A stretch of DNA of 64,000 nucleotides, from assembly GCF_018350175.1 (NCBI RefSeq), contig NC_058368.1, positions 31,312,001-31,376,000 on the forward strand. The letters are read 5' to 3'. This DNA is from Felis catus (Eukaryota). Numbering within the stretch: position 1 is the stretch's first letter; the number at the start of each line of letters is the position of its first letter. Of the stretch, positions 13,247 to 25,480 are shown piece after piece. A program made the translations under genes and the position numbers. A model generated the notes under the pieces. The model was not told the origin of the DNA. It worked only from the letters and a program-made list of their open reading frames with translations, and searched no databases.

Positions 13247-13265
13247 CTGTCAGTAGAGGGCGCTG
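13247..13265 (+). promoter_or_regulatory. CTCF-like core motif
   Basis: TCAGTAGAGGGCGCT versus core CCASYAGRKGGCRSY, one mismatch, CpG retained. Confidence 0.45.
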
Positions 13266-13982
13266 GAGAGACACTGCAGGGGGAAGAGAGCGTCTCTTTC
13301 CAGGTTAGGGTAAATGGTGTTTTGTTTTTTCTTCCTCTTGCCCCAGTTAGACAAAGGGTAGGTGTGTAAGAACATTTGGTGTTTATCTGCCCCATCTGTG
13401 CACCCAGAGAACACAGTCCTGTGGAAACCATGCAGCCCCAGTCTAGAGGTTGTTTTGGTTTGGTTTGAATTTTTCCACTTGCTTGGTAGCTGTAAATCAG
13501 CTTTAACTCAAGCAATCCAACAAATTTCACTCTTCAAACTAGGTGTGAACACTATCCTGGCAGTGGGTGGAATATATACTAAGTATGCCCATCTTTGGTA
13601 CATTTCTTGAGCTCTAAGAGAAGGTGGAGGAGTCCTTTAGAACGTACTCTTTCCATCTTTACAATTACGATTTTATCGTAGCTTAATAATTCTTAATATT
13701 GAACTTCCCCTGTTTCAATTACTGTGTGGCTCTGTTTCCTAATTGGACCAAGACCAATATGTAGTCCATAGTCCAACCAATATAATAAAGAACATTTTAA
13801 AAACTTGCAACATTCTCTACTTTAGAAATGATTACAATAGTTGATATAAATATAAATAAATTAAAATAAATAGTTGATATAAACATATATATCAACTAAG
13901 TATATATTATATGTTATAATATATAATTTAATATTATATTAATAATAATATTAAATAATATACATTAATATAATTATATTAA

Positions 13983-14190
13983 TTTTTTAATGTTTATTCA
14001 TTTTTGAGAGACAGAGGGAGACAGAGCATGAGCGGGGAAGGGGCAGAGAGAGGGAGACACAGAATCTGAAGCAGGCTCCAGGCTCTGAGCTGTCAGCACA
14101 GAGCCCGACATGGGGCTCCAACTCACAAAATGCAAGATCATGACCTGAGCTAAAGTCGGACGCTCAAATGACTGAGCAACCCTGGCACCC
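13983..14190 (-). mobile_element. CanSINE inserted in an AT-only low-complexity tract
   Basis: Reverse SINE sequence flanked on both sides by ataatat-type repeats. Confidence 0.95.
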
Positions 14191-15529
14191 ATAATATAAT
14201 TATATTATAATATAAATATAATATATATTCTATATATTCTATAAATATATGTACTTAGTCATGTTAGTTCCTTGATCAAAAATCCAGTTCAGGATTATTA
14301 ACTTTTTAAATAAAAACATTAACCACATCATGGTCATATGCTTTACTTCACTGCATCACAGAGAAAAGCTGTGGTTTTATATATAAATAGATATGTCATA
14401 TTTTTCCACTGTGAGAATTCTATTATTTAGAGGCAATTATAAAAACTACCCCTGTCACGTAAATAGTGACCTTTGTAAATATGCACATATTAAAAATATT
14501 AAGATTCAATTTCTGAATCTGTAGCCTTCAGTTGTTATTCTTATCAAAGACTAAGAAGAAAGAACAGCACAAGTATCTTCTTATAAGTTATTTAAAAAGG
14601 TAAAAAGGTAAAAATTTAAAAATTTTTATTAAAATTTTATTAGAACAACTGAGATACAGTGCATTTAATTATTAGAGTGACATAATTGCCTCTGTATTAA
14701 CGATCATACAGAGTTGTTCTCCTCTAACCAATATCAGACTCGGTAGTGGCAGAAAGAGTTTAGGGTGGATACAAGTGGGACACTAAAAGCCAACACTGAG
14801 ATAAAATCAGTTCTTGCAAATTGAACAAGAATCGAGTGATGGGAATCTAGCCAGACAGGCAAAGCTTTTTATCTGGAGAATACAATGGTGAGTACTAAAC
14901 AGTAATGGATCGTGACAGGTGGACAGGCAGGCAGGCCATCACACTAGTCTCCAGGAATACCAGCAAAACTGTGGGGTTAGGTGTTAAGTAACTTAAAACT
15001 AAGTTAAGGCAGCTAAGTTCTAAAGCAAAGATTCTAGACAGGATTACAGAGATGCCAAAGAAATTGGAGAGAAATAGCATAATTCCCACTTTAGGGCTAA
15101 AATTTTCATGACAAGATTAGAATATAGAATCTCTAAGAACAGAGTGGGACTAAAATCCTGCGTGCATAGGGGAAATGTGCAGGAAATCCAAACCAAAACT
15201 CAGGCATGAGATTAAACAAGGTAGAGAGACTCAGTTACTTGATACAGACTATTGGATGGCTTCATCTCAAAAATCAAACTTGGAAGAAGAGACCACAAGA
15301 GAGGAGTGGAGTTATCAAAAAGTTACCTCAGTATGGAAATTCTGATCTGCTGGATTGGAACTTTTAAATTTCTCTGAATAAAGTCTTCATCTCGGGCTTG
15401 GATGCACTCTAGCTCAGAAAGCAGATGATGTTAAATGCTTCTAGTTCTAGTTATAAGGGATGCCAGTGTGAACAGGAGTAGAACTAGGTAGGACGTTAAG
15501 TCTTCATCACAGAAATAATGTATTTCTAT

Positions 15530-16430
15530 TTTTTAAATGAATGTTTACATGTAAAAAAATTAGAGAGAAGATATCTAAAAAATTAACCTTAAAGAAATAC
15601 ATTGGTTAATAGTTATAGTAAAGTATATGCTCTAATAATGGGAGTAAAAGCTGTTTGGGTCCCATTGGTACCACTAGTTCAGAAGATTTTAGTTGTAAAT
15701 GAGCAGTAGGATGATAAAAATCTCTTGGCATAATTAAAACTGGGTAAACCAGAATAGGTGTGTTCCCCAAACAGTTTGCCAAATATCTTTTCAAGTCTAT
15801 TATAGCTACTGAACAAATGGATTGGTATGAATAGATATGTCCTTAATGAGCACATCATTAAGAGCTTGATATGTCTTCTCATTTACTGGTAACTTCTCCA
15901 ATTCATCTAGAGTCTCCAGAATATCTATTACCTTTCCAAATACTGTGTATTTCATGTCCAAATGTAACTTCTTGGCATAGGTGAAGAACTGAGATCCATT
16001 GGTATTTGAGAGATTATTAGCCATAGATACCACACCTCTAACATTGTGCTTAAGAGTCACTATATTCGTCCTCAAATTTCTTGCGCCAGGTAGGTACTGT
16101 TACTTCCTCTTCCTGCACCTGTCAGATCTCCAGTTTCAACCATAAAATCCTTGATATTTCTATGAAATATACAGCCATTGTAGTAATTACTGGCACTAAG
16201 AGCCGAAAATTTCTCACATATTTGGGTGTCCTCTCACAGAAAACTTCTATTTTAGTATCACTTACATCTCTATGCAATGTCACTGACATTTTTCTTCTTG
16301 ATGGTTTCAGGAAGTACTGTTGCTAATTTCTCACTGTCTTAACAAGAGAAGTTAGAAAATGAGTCTCACTTTGGTTAGCACAGCTGTTTTTAAAACAGAA
16401 AAGATGTAATCGCAGACGCCCGTGATTCGA
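15530..16430 (-). pseudogene. PPIL3: Processed pseudogene of peptidyl-prolyl isomerase-like 3 (cyclophilin family), CDS remnant 16289-15806 plus UTR-like flanks
   Basis: Intronless. Starts MSVTLHRDVSDTKIEVFCERTPK at ATG 16289; ends LKHNVRGVVSMANN..NTNGSQFF..HLDMKYTVFGKVID.LETLDELEKLPVNEKTY..LNDV.IKDI.IH.NPF.Q-stop at 15806. Several frameshifts in the 5' half. Outer boundaries approximate. Confidence 0.93.
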
Positions 16431-16829
16431 AATTAGTGTCTTAGGGGCTCCCCTGCATTTTGATTTTGAAGTCCACTAAAAATTAGAATTCACCTATGTT
16501 TATTATTTTCATATGTGGGAAGAGCCTCAAAACATTAAATAGCAGAAGACAGGTAAAAGGAAAGAAACAGAAGGAAGAACTAAAAAGAAACATGATTGAT
16601 TTTCAAAAAGTTGACCATTTGATTTCTAAACATTATAAGATAGTATTACACAACAAAATGCACTCGTCAGGACAATGGGGTACAGTGGAAAGAAGAGGAA
16701 GATACAGGTCCTGGTTTTGCACTGCAATAGCCCCTATATTATTGCATAAACTTGTATAAATTACTTCACTTCTCCTTGCCACAGTTTTATCTTTTAAAGA
16801 TTGATCTTTAAAGGAGAAAGTGTATGTTC

Positions 16830-19160
16830 CAGGTATCTGTTGTTTTGGAACAAATGACCATAAAACTTAACGGTAAAGCTCCTACAACCATTCTACTGTA
16901 TCACACAAATTTTGTGGGTCAGAACTTCCAGCAGAGATCAGCTGCATAATTCTACTGTTCCATGTGACATAGTAGAGGTCACTTGATGATATTCAACTGT
17001 TAGATAGTCTGGACTGGAAGGTGTAAGTTTCATACACACACCTATGGTAACTTGGAGGGTGTAATCTGGAAGGCTGAATTCAGCTGAATTGTCAACAAAA
17101 TGGCTACCTTTGGCCTCTTCAGTATGGCAGCTGCAGAGACTTCTTCTATTGGTGAATCAGGGTGCCAAGAATGAAGAAAGAGAACGTTGCGTGGTATTTG
17201 ACACTCTAGCACCACTTCTGCCATACCCTACTGGTTGAAGCAGTCTCAACCATGTGCATATTCAAGGGGCAGGATCATTGACCTGCATATCCATGAGAGA
17301 AGTTTCAAATAATTTGCTTCCATGTTGAAACCATTATAGTCCATACCCTGCTTACAACAGTACTGATCTTCCTTCATCATGTGAGAATCACCAGAAGTCT
17401 CATTCTATTATGCTATGAAGCTCAGGTTTAAGGTCCAGGATCACATCATTTAAATCAGATCTAGCTGTAAAAGTATCTTAGTTTTAGTTTTAGTTTTAGT
17501 TTTAGTTTTAGTTTGGTTTTAGTTTGGTTTTAGTTTGGATTTAATTTGGTTTTAGTTTTAGTTTTAGGTTTTTTTTTTTCTCCCTTGGATAAAGTTACTT
17601 TTAGACTGTAGATCTGTGAAATGGAAAGACAAATGATCTGTCCTCCACCCACCTAATGTTCCAAGATGGAACAGGTGTAGGATAATCATAGTAAATATTC
17701 GTTTTCCAGAAGGGAGAAAATAAGACACATAGCAATCACTATCCTATAGAAATTCTTAAATATAATATGGCAAATATTTTCCTTTCCCAACTGAGGTTCA
17801 GTCTTGGTCTTTGGGCATAATTCTACATGGCTCTTGGCTTCTTTCCATTGGCAAAAATTCTAAAATTGAATATATGCAAATGGATGGTGAAAACTTCCTT
17901 TTCCACATAATGTAGACTTTTCCATAAAATCTATTTTCAAAATCTAGTTTTCTTAGATTGCTTCTTGGTTATCTCAAGACTTTAATTTTTTCTTTTTACT
18001 CTTTCTGTCCTATTCAATGTTAATATAATTCCTTTAACATCTCATGAGCCATTTGGGTGTTAATTACTAATCTATTTCATTAGACAAAACCAAACCCATA
18101 AATCTTTTTGTGGTAAATTCTTCTCTATCTTGGTTTTCCTGTGAGGCTGTTGTTTGTACACTAAGCACTATTGTCTGTTTTAGAGCATCTATATGGCATA
18201 CCCTTTTTCTTTTTTGTTACTGAGAGGGTACATTAGATCAGCCTTAAATCCTTCTGAAGTCTTAAACGATCTTACAACCACAGGCTGTGTTCTACTAGCA
18301 GTGCATTAGATTTTATCTCTACCCTGAGACCATCTCTTACTTTGAGGACAACTTGCTGGTTGTCCTAAGCCCTTTATATTCACTCCATATTCTGTTAGCA
18401 ATTGACTATTCACTTCATCTTTCTTTTCTCTCAGTTTTACTAGATAACTGGAAGAAATGAGGTAACACCTTCAACACTTAATTCAGAAATCATCTTAGCT
18501 AGATTATCAAGTTTTTTAAGTACACTGTATATTTTCCAGGTTACCTCAGTGGCAGTATTACCAAACTTTCTGCCAGCCCTTAGTAATTTCTTTGTTCAGT
18601 CTCCTTCGAGTCCTCGCTACTTGTCACTTTAAGGTTTGTCAGACCTTTGCCTATTGCCCTGTCCCCAGACCAAAACCATACATTTTAGATTTTGTAATGT
18701 TAGCACCTCACTTCCATATACCAAATTCCGTTTATCTATTGATGCAGTAAAAATAAAAACAAGACAAAAACCAACCAAAAGTTAAGTTGCTTAGAACAAC
18801 AATCATCTTATTATATCTCATAATTTTATGACTCAATAATGTAGCAGCAGTCAAATGGGTGATTCTCCTCCCTCATGTAGTTTTGACGGAAGTCATTCAG
18901 AGGTATTCATTTGGCAGATGGTCTGGAATAGAGGGTCCAAAACAATTCCCGTCATGTGATACTTCATGGGGAACGGCAGAAGGCTAACCTCAGCTCCGAT
19001 CACCAATCAGAATTTGTACAGGTGACCTCCTCAGCATGGCAACCACCTCAGTGTATGGAGCTTTTCACAGGGAATACCTCAGAGCTTCAACAGCAAGGCC
19101 TGTAGCTATGACCTCTTGATGGGAGGAGTGAAAACGATTTGTGGTCTTGATTTAAAAATG
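16830..19160 (-). mobile_element. Old MaLR element with LTR - internal - LTR layout (MLT1H/I/J-like)
   Basis: Two similar diverged LTR-like blocks (~16830-17340 and ~18730-19160) in the same orientation flanking ~1.4 kb of MLT1-int-like sequence. Confidence 0.65.
17478..17570. repeat. (GTTTTA)n hexanucleotide repeat
   Basis: Directly visible. Confidence 0.9.
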
Positions 19161-19679
19161 ACAAAATTGGGCTAGATGATCACTCACATCCTTTTTGTTT
19201 CTAAAATATCTGTTTCAAAAGCAACAATAAAAGTTTAGAATAGATATGAAATAAAAGAAATAACATTTTAACTTTTCACAAGTTATAAGCATCTAAACCT
19301 GCTGAAGCATTAAATAGTCTACAGCATTCATCTCTCAAAAGATTTAATTCCAAAGATAACTGTAGGTGATAAAGACATTTATAGCTGAGATTGGATGGAA
19401 AATATCTAAAAATATATAACTTTATATCTATGTTTCTGTAAAAAATGGCTGCATTGCTTATTACCTCTTGTCATGAAATGGTTTTTTCCACTAAAGCCTA
19501 TAAACAAAACTGAAAACTTCATTCTTAAAGTTGTATTTTCAGCTATTTGGGTAATATGCAAAAGATTATGGCCAGGGAATTCTAACTGTAATTTTTTACT
19601 TAAGAGAAAGTTAACCAAGTCAATAAACGATATTCTCCTCTTGATATGGTTCTATGTGGTACCTGAAATAATGAAGCCA

Positions 19680-19830
19680 TAGATATGGGAATAATCTTAG
19701 AGATCATCTTGACTAAATCCTTTCAGCCACAGATGAAAGAACTGAGCCCTCCAGGGACTATGAAGCTTGTCCAAGGTCTCTTAGCTGGTTAATGGGTAGA
19801 GTCAAGGGCTTTTTCTATGACCGTGGTGCT
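19680..19830 (-). mobile_element. MIR/MIR3 fragment
   Basis: cttagagatcatct...acagatgaaagaactgagccc...cttgtccaaggtc. Confidence 0.6.
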
Positions 19831-20769
19831 AACAGTTACAACAGTGCCCTTGAGAGAAATAAGTTTCTCAAATGATCTGACTATTCCCTTGCAGTTTATG
19901 CCTTCATTAATTTTCTTTAACACTTATTTCTTCATCTGTGGTACATAATGTTTAGACCAACTTTACTGAGTTAAAACAAATTCTAATCAGACTGAAATAG
20001 TACTGTTTCGACATATTTTAAGAACAGCAACAATAGATAACATAAATATAAACATATTTCTAAAACTAATGATAAGTTGTTAAAGAAAAAAGTAACTTTA
20101 TTGTTTTATTTCTTTCATCCAGCATTTAAGGATCATGGATTTTCTGTATGAGAAGGTATCGTAAAGTCTATCCACCTTTTTGTCCCCATTTGTAAATATC
20201 TTCTTAACCATTCTGAAATACAAGCATACCATGTGGGTTTATATACTTCCAGTGATAAGATGCTCATTATTTCTAAGAACAAAATAAAATTTTGGTATAA
20301 TAATCATAATCAGTATTATATACTACTGATATCTGTCTCCAACAGCATATATATGTTTAATACTGGTTTGATCTATAAGCGATCACAGAATATGTCACCA
20401 TTTTCTTTTAAGATGAACGTCTTGAATTGAAGAAAAGTATCAAGATGTGACTAAGTGTTTCATAATTTAAATATACACAATTTTCTCCATTGGCAAAAAT
20501 TCTAAAATACAATATATGCAAATGGGCGGTGATAAACTATGCTGGGCATCCAGCTAAAAGGACAGCATTATGGATTACATCTATTTCGCCTCTATTTTAT
20601 TTCTCTATAACAGAACACTTTTATCACTTACATTTAATTTTTTTAAGTTTTATACACCTTTATACTTTGCATATGGGCATATAAAACTGAGATTTATGTA
20701 TTTTTAGAAATGGTTATATTTTCCTGAAATTGTACATTAAGAAGGTGATATTTTACATGATAACATTTG

Positions 20770-20920
20770 AAAAGTGAGGACTTGTAGAATACTCATGAGT
20801 TTGAGATATGTGGCAGAACAGGAGGTCAGAGATACTTAAAGCATGAGAAGAACTCAACCCCCTATGAATGGCTTTGAAGATGAAGTAAGGAGGCCACAAA
20901 TCAAAGAACACAGGGACATA
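20770..20920 (+). mobile_element. MLT1 LTR fragment
   Basis: gcatgagaagaactcaa...tggctttgaagatgaa...ggccacaaatcaaagaa. Confidence 0.55.
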
Positions 20921-20929
20921 GGCGTTCTC

Positions 20930-21120
20930 CTTCAATATGGGAACATAAGCAGGCTCTTGAACTCACTTCCTTCCATGAGCAAACTGAATTTACAGCAACA
21001 TAAGGAACAATTTCCTCAAAAAGAAATCCAGAAACTAGCTGAGCAACTGCTATATATCAGGTGGAAAAAAAAAGACAGCAAAATGGGTCTTGACACCCTC
21101 TCAATTAATAGGACCCACTA
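20930..21120 (+). mobile_element. Probable 5'-UTR fragment of an older L1
   Basis: Resembles carnivore/L1MA-type 5' ends (aatatgg...ttgaactcacttccttccatg...acagcaacataaggaacaattt...gaaactagc). Confidence 0.4.
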
Positions 21121-21330
21121 AAAACAAAGAAGGCTACTTGGACGATTGCAAAGGTTTGAAAGGCATTCAAGAGTTAGGGCCAGACTGGTTAAGTTTAGGC
21201 GGAATGGCTCAAATACCAAAATCCCACAGATTATACAGTATTGACTGGATGAAATTATTGCAAATAAATGGTTCCAAACTGGGGATAAAGATCGTATTTG
21301 TAAGGATCATACTTCTAGTCACTTTGATTA

Positions 21331-21513
21331 TTTTTTTAAATGTTTATTTATTTATTTTTGATAGAGACAGAGAGAGAGAGAGAACACGAGTGACAGAGGG
21401 GCAGAGAGAGAGGGAGACAGAGGATCCGAATGCAGGGCTTAAACTCAGGAATCATGAGATCATGACCTGAGCCAAAGTCGACAGTTAACTGACTAAGCTA
21501 CCCAGGTGCTCCC
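21331..21513 (-). mobile_element. CanSINE lacking the central segment
   Basis: Reverse SINE missing the gcaggctccaggctctgagctgtcagc block present in neighbouring copies. Confidence 0.9.
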
Positions 21514-22166
21514 GATGATTTTTTTAAATAAGTGGGTTTTAATTTTGATGGAAGAAGAGTAGATTTTAATTAAGAAGAATAACACAGTGTACTCATAAAA
21601 CCTATATACAAGGTAGTAATATGTGACTTTGAGTAAGTAGGAGATGCTGGTATTATCTGCTCCCTTAGATGCTATGAGGATTCTGGAATCATTGCATTTA
21701 CTAAGACTATAATAACGACTGACCTTTGTCCTCATTGCATTATCCCAGGACTCCAGGGGTGTCAAGAAATAGTAGATTGAGGGATAAGTCCAGATAATAG
21801 TAATACCTTAAGTTACCCTAGGTTAGTATGTTTTCCCAAATCAACTACATTTATTATTGGTATATGTATCCTTTATACCATTTTTCACATGCTTAACAGT
21901 TGTTTGCCTATGGATATGTTATCTTACATTAGGAAAGTTCCTTAAGGATAAGGTTTCTATTTTATACATCTTTGTAACCAGTCAAGCAAGTCTAGTTAAG
22001 TGAAAAGCAGATATTTTGAATCAATTATTGTATTTAATTTTTCAATACTTTTGTATTACTTATAGTCATTTTAAAAATCTGTTGCCCAGAAGTGGACATG
22101 TTACTTCATTAATGACTACTATATGATATTACTGTATGATTTTCTCCCTTAAAAACCTCAAGTATA

Positions 22167-22392
22167 GGGGCGCCTGGGTGGCGCAGTCGGTTAAGCATCC
22201 GGCTTCGGCCAGGTCACGATCTCGCGGTCCGGGAGTTCGAGCCCCGCGTCAGGCTCTGGGCTGATGGCTCGGAGCCTGGAGCCTGTTTCCGATTCTGTGT
22301 CTCCCTCTCTCTCTCTGCCCCTCCCCCGTTCATGCTCTGTCTCTCTCTGTCCCAAAAATAAATAAACATTGGAAAAAAAATTTAAAAAAAAC
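22167..22392 (+). mobile_element. Very young CanSINE
   Basis: CpG-intact body; perfect 16-bp TSD aaaaacctcaagtata (22151-22166, 22393-22408) at a TT/AAAA site. Confidence 0.97.
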
Positions 22393-22464
22393 AAAAACCT
22401 CAAGTATATAATTTGTTTCACTGTCATAAGGGTAATATACATATATAGTATTTTTGGTATTTTT

Positions 22465-22883
22465 AATTTTTTTAATGTTTCAAGTTTTTATTTAAATTCT
22501 ACTTAGTTAACATAGAGTGTAATATTAGTTTCAGGAGTAGAATTTAGTGATTCATCACTTACATATAATACCCAGCGCTCATAACAAATGCCCTCCTTAA
22601 TACCCATCACCCATTTAGCCCATGCCCCATCCATCTCTCCTCCAGCAGCCCTCAATTTGTTTTCTATAGTTAAAAGTCTCTTTTATGGTTTACCTCCCTC
22701 TGTCTTTTTTTTTTCACTCCCCTATGCTCATCTGTTTTGTTTCTTAAATTCCATATGGGTGAAATAATATGGTATTTGTCTTTCCCTGACTGACTCATTT
22801 CACTTAGTGTAATATGCTCTAGGTCCATCCACATCGTTGAAAATGGCAAGATTTCACTCTTTTTAATGTCTGAATAATATTCC

Positions 22884-22928
<45 letters not shown>

Positions 22929-25480
22929 CCCACATCTTCATTATCCATTCATCAGTTAATGGACATTTGGGCTCTTTCCATAATTTAGCTATTGTTGATA
23001 ATGCTACTATAAGCATTCAGATGCATGTGTCCTTTCAAATCAGTATTTTTGTACCCTTTGAGTAGCATAAATTAACTTCTTTAGTTTTTGGGAAACTAAA
23101 AGAACTAACTTCTTTAGTTTTTGGGAAACCCTCTCTTCTCCTATTATGAATGACAGCCCTGCTGGATAAAATACTCTTGTCTACATATTTTTCCCATTCA
23201 GCATGTTTAATATATTGTGCCACTCCCTTCTGGTCTGACAAGTTTCTGTGGAGAAGTCTGCTGCTAACCATATTTGTCTTCCCTTATAAGTTAGGGATTT
23301 CTTTTTCCTTGCTGTTTTTAGGAATTTTTCTTTATCTCTGTATTTTGCAAATTTTGCCCTGATACGTCTTGGTGTTGACCTACTTTTGTTGATTTTGGCG
23401 GGAGTTCTCTGTGCCTCATGGATTTGGATGTCTGTTTCCTTCCCCAGATTAGGGATGTTTTCAGCTATAATTTTCTCAAATAAACCTGGTATTTTTTCCC
23501 TAACTTTTTCTTTTGGTACTCCTATGATATGAATGTTATTACTCTTTAAGGAGTTACTGAATTCCTAAGTCTATATTTGTAATCTAACATTTTTCTTTCT
23601 TTCTTTTTCACCTTCATTATTTTCCATAATTTTGCCTTCTATATCACTTGCTTGTTCCTCTGATTCTTCCATCCTTGTGGTCATTAGATCATTTTTGCAT
23701 CTCAGTTATAGCATTTTTTTATTCTGGCCTAACTAGTTTTAGGTCTTTTATTTATATGGTAAGGTACTCTCTGGCGTCTACTATGCTTTTCTCAAGCCTA
23801 GCTAGTACTCTTATGATCGTTGTTTTAAATTCAGGATCAGACATATTACTTATATCTGTTTCTATTAGGTCTCTGGACATGACCTTTTCTTATTCTTTCT
23901 TTTGAGATGAATTCCTCCATCTTGGCATGTTGTCTAGGTCTTTGTCTTCTGTGTGTTGGGAAAGTTTGTTATGTTTCCTGCTCCTGAGAGTAATGCTATA
24001 TTAAGAAGAGGTCATATACTGTCCAAGGCCTGGTGCTTCAAGAAGTGTTTCTGGTGTATGCTGTACACATTTTGCTGTTATGTTTTGGCTGCTCTTTCCC
24101 TCAGGTCAGTTCTCTGCAGAGTATCTCCTTGCCTACAGTGGGGAGTGTCTGGACCTTGTGCAGCATGTGGCGAATTTTAAATAGATGTGCTCTGGTTTGC
24201 TTGTTTAAAAAAGGCCTGATCCTATTTCCATTACAGCTACAGCTTTGCAGAACTCTATGGTCAGTAGACTTGGTGGGTGCAGGGGGTATATGCTGGTCTT
24301 CTGGGGGAGGGGCCTGCTGTTCTGGATTTCAGGAACACTTCCCCTAGTAAAGAAGCACCTGCAGAGTGCAGGGGGGCAGGACTTGATGTAAGCAGCTCAG
24401 GTTTCCACTTTTGGCACTTTTCTGGTCACAGAAGCCAATTAGTGTTAATGGATAGGGGAGAAAAAAAACAGCACCAGCCCTCCCTCTTGTCCCTGAAGTG
24501 GGAAGTTTGTGCCCAAGGCTGTCTAGGAAGCTGTTACTGAGGAGCAAATAATCTCCCCTTGTGTGTCCCAGGTATCCCTCAGATCCCTACCTTCACTCTG
24601 TCTGTGTCCACGGCACCTGCCTGCCTGGCAGTGCTATGAATCTGTATTTTATCTCAGTAATGTAGCTGAGATTTAAAACTCCAAACTTAAGGGACCTAAC
24701 ATGGCACAAACTCATGCTGATCCTCTGGGAGAGGGGCTTCCTGTGCTGGGACTGGTGCCAGTTTGTCCCAGAAGAGCAGTTGCACCAATGCACAAGAGTT
24801 TGGACTCTAAAGTCAAGTGCAGCAAAAAAGCCTAAGTCTGAGTTAGCTAGCAGCCTTAGCAGCCTTATGGGGGAGCAATGGCACCCATTGTCTCTTTTGT
24901 CCCCTGAGAGGCAAAGCCACCTCTGTCAGATGCACTGCAGGAAGGGGGAAAATCTTTCCCAGCGCATCCCAGGAGATCCTCAGATTGTACAACCTGCTCT
25001 CAGACCTCTGCCCTCCTCCACAGGACCACCAACTGTGCCTGCCAGGCTCCACATCAGGCCACTGGCACAGAAGTCTAAAACTCTGGTCTTTGAGCTCTGT
25101 TGGTCTTAAACTCTCACACTAATCATCCCTTTTCGTTTTCCCAGTCAGCAATGTTTGGGGAAGTGTTTCTCTTATGCGATCCTCCATACACTGCTGTTTC
25201 TCTCTGTCTCTGTCTGTCTCTGTCTCTCCTCTTTCTGTGATAAGGGATCGCTTCCACCCTCCACAGCACCCATGATCCTTTTCTCCCCCAAATCACATCT
25301 CCACACTTCCTATCTTTCACTATGTGGCCTCTTCTCTCCAGCTAGTTATGTAGTTTGTTCTCTTAGCGCTCAGATAGATCTCTTGGGCATTCAGAATGAT
25401 TTGATATTTATCCAGCTGTGTTTGAGGGACAATACAAGCATAGCATCCTCCTATTATTCTGTCACCCTCTAACTCACCTA
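22465..25480 (-). mobile_element. Older carnivore L1 with large internal deletion (5' UTR + degraded ORF1 joined to ORF2 C-terminus + 3' UTR)
   Basis: 22465-23065 is an L1 3' end ([17 protein letters not shown]). 23105-23928 aligns by eye to ORF1 of the full L1 (ATG at 23928). 23930-25480 is GC-richer 5'-UTR-like sequence. Confidence 0.85.
22886..22926. repeat. (TG)n microsatellite inside L1
   Basis: Directly visible. Confidence 0.95.

Noticed and set aside
13540..15480. Possible ERVL-type LTR fragments (13540-13760, 14695-15480)
   Set aside because: Only vague resemblance; family and boundaries cannot be supported without a repeat search.
15806..16075. 89-aa cyclophilin-like ORF as a functional gene
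   Set aside because: It is the 3' half of a frameshifted PPIL3 retrocopy with a non-ATG start and a scrambled N-terminus.
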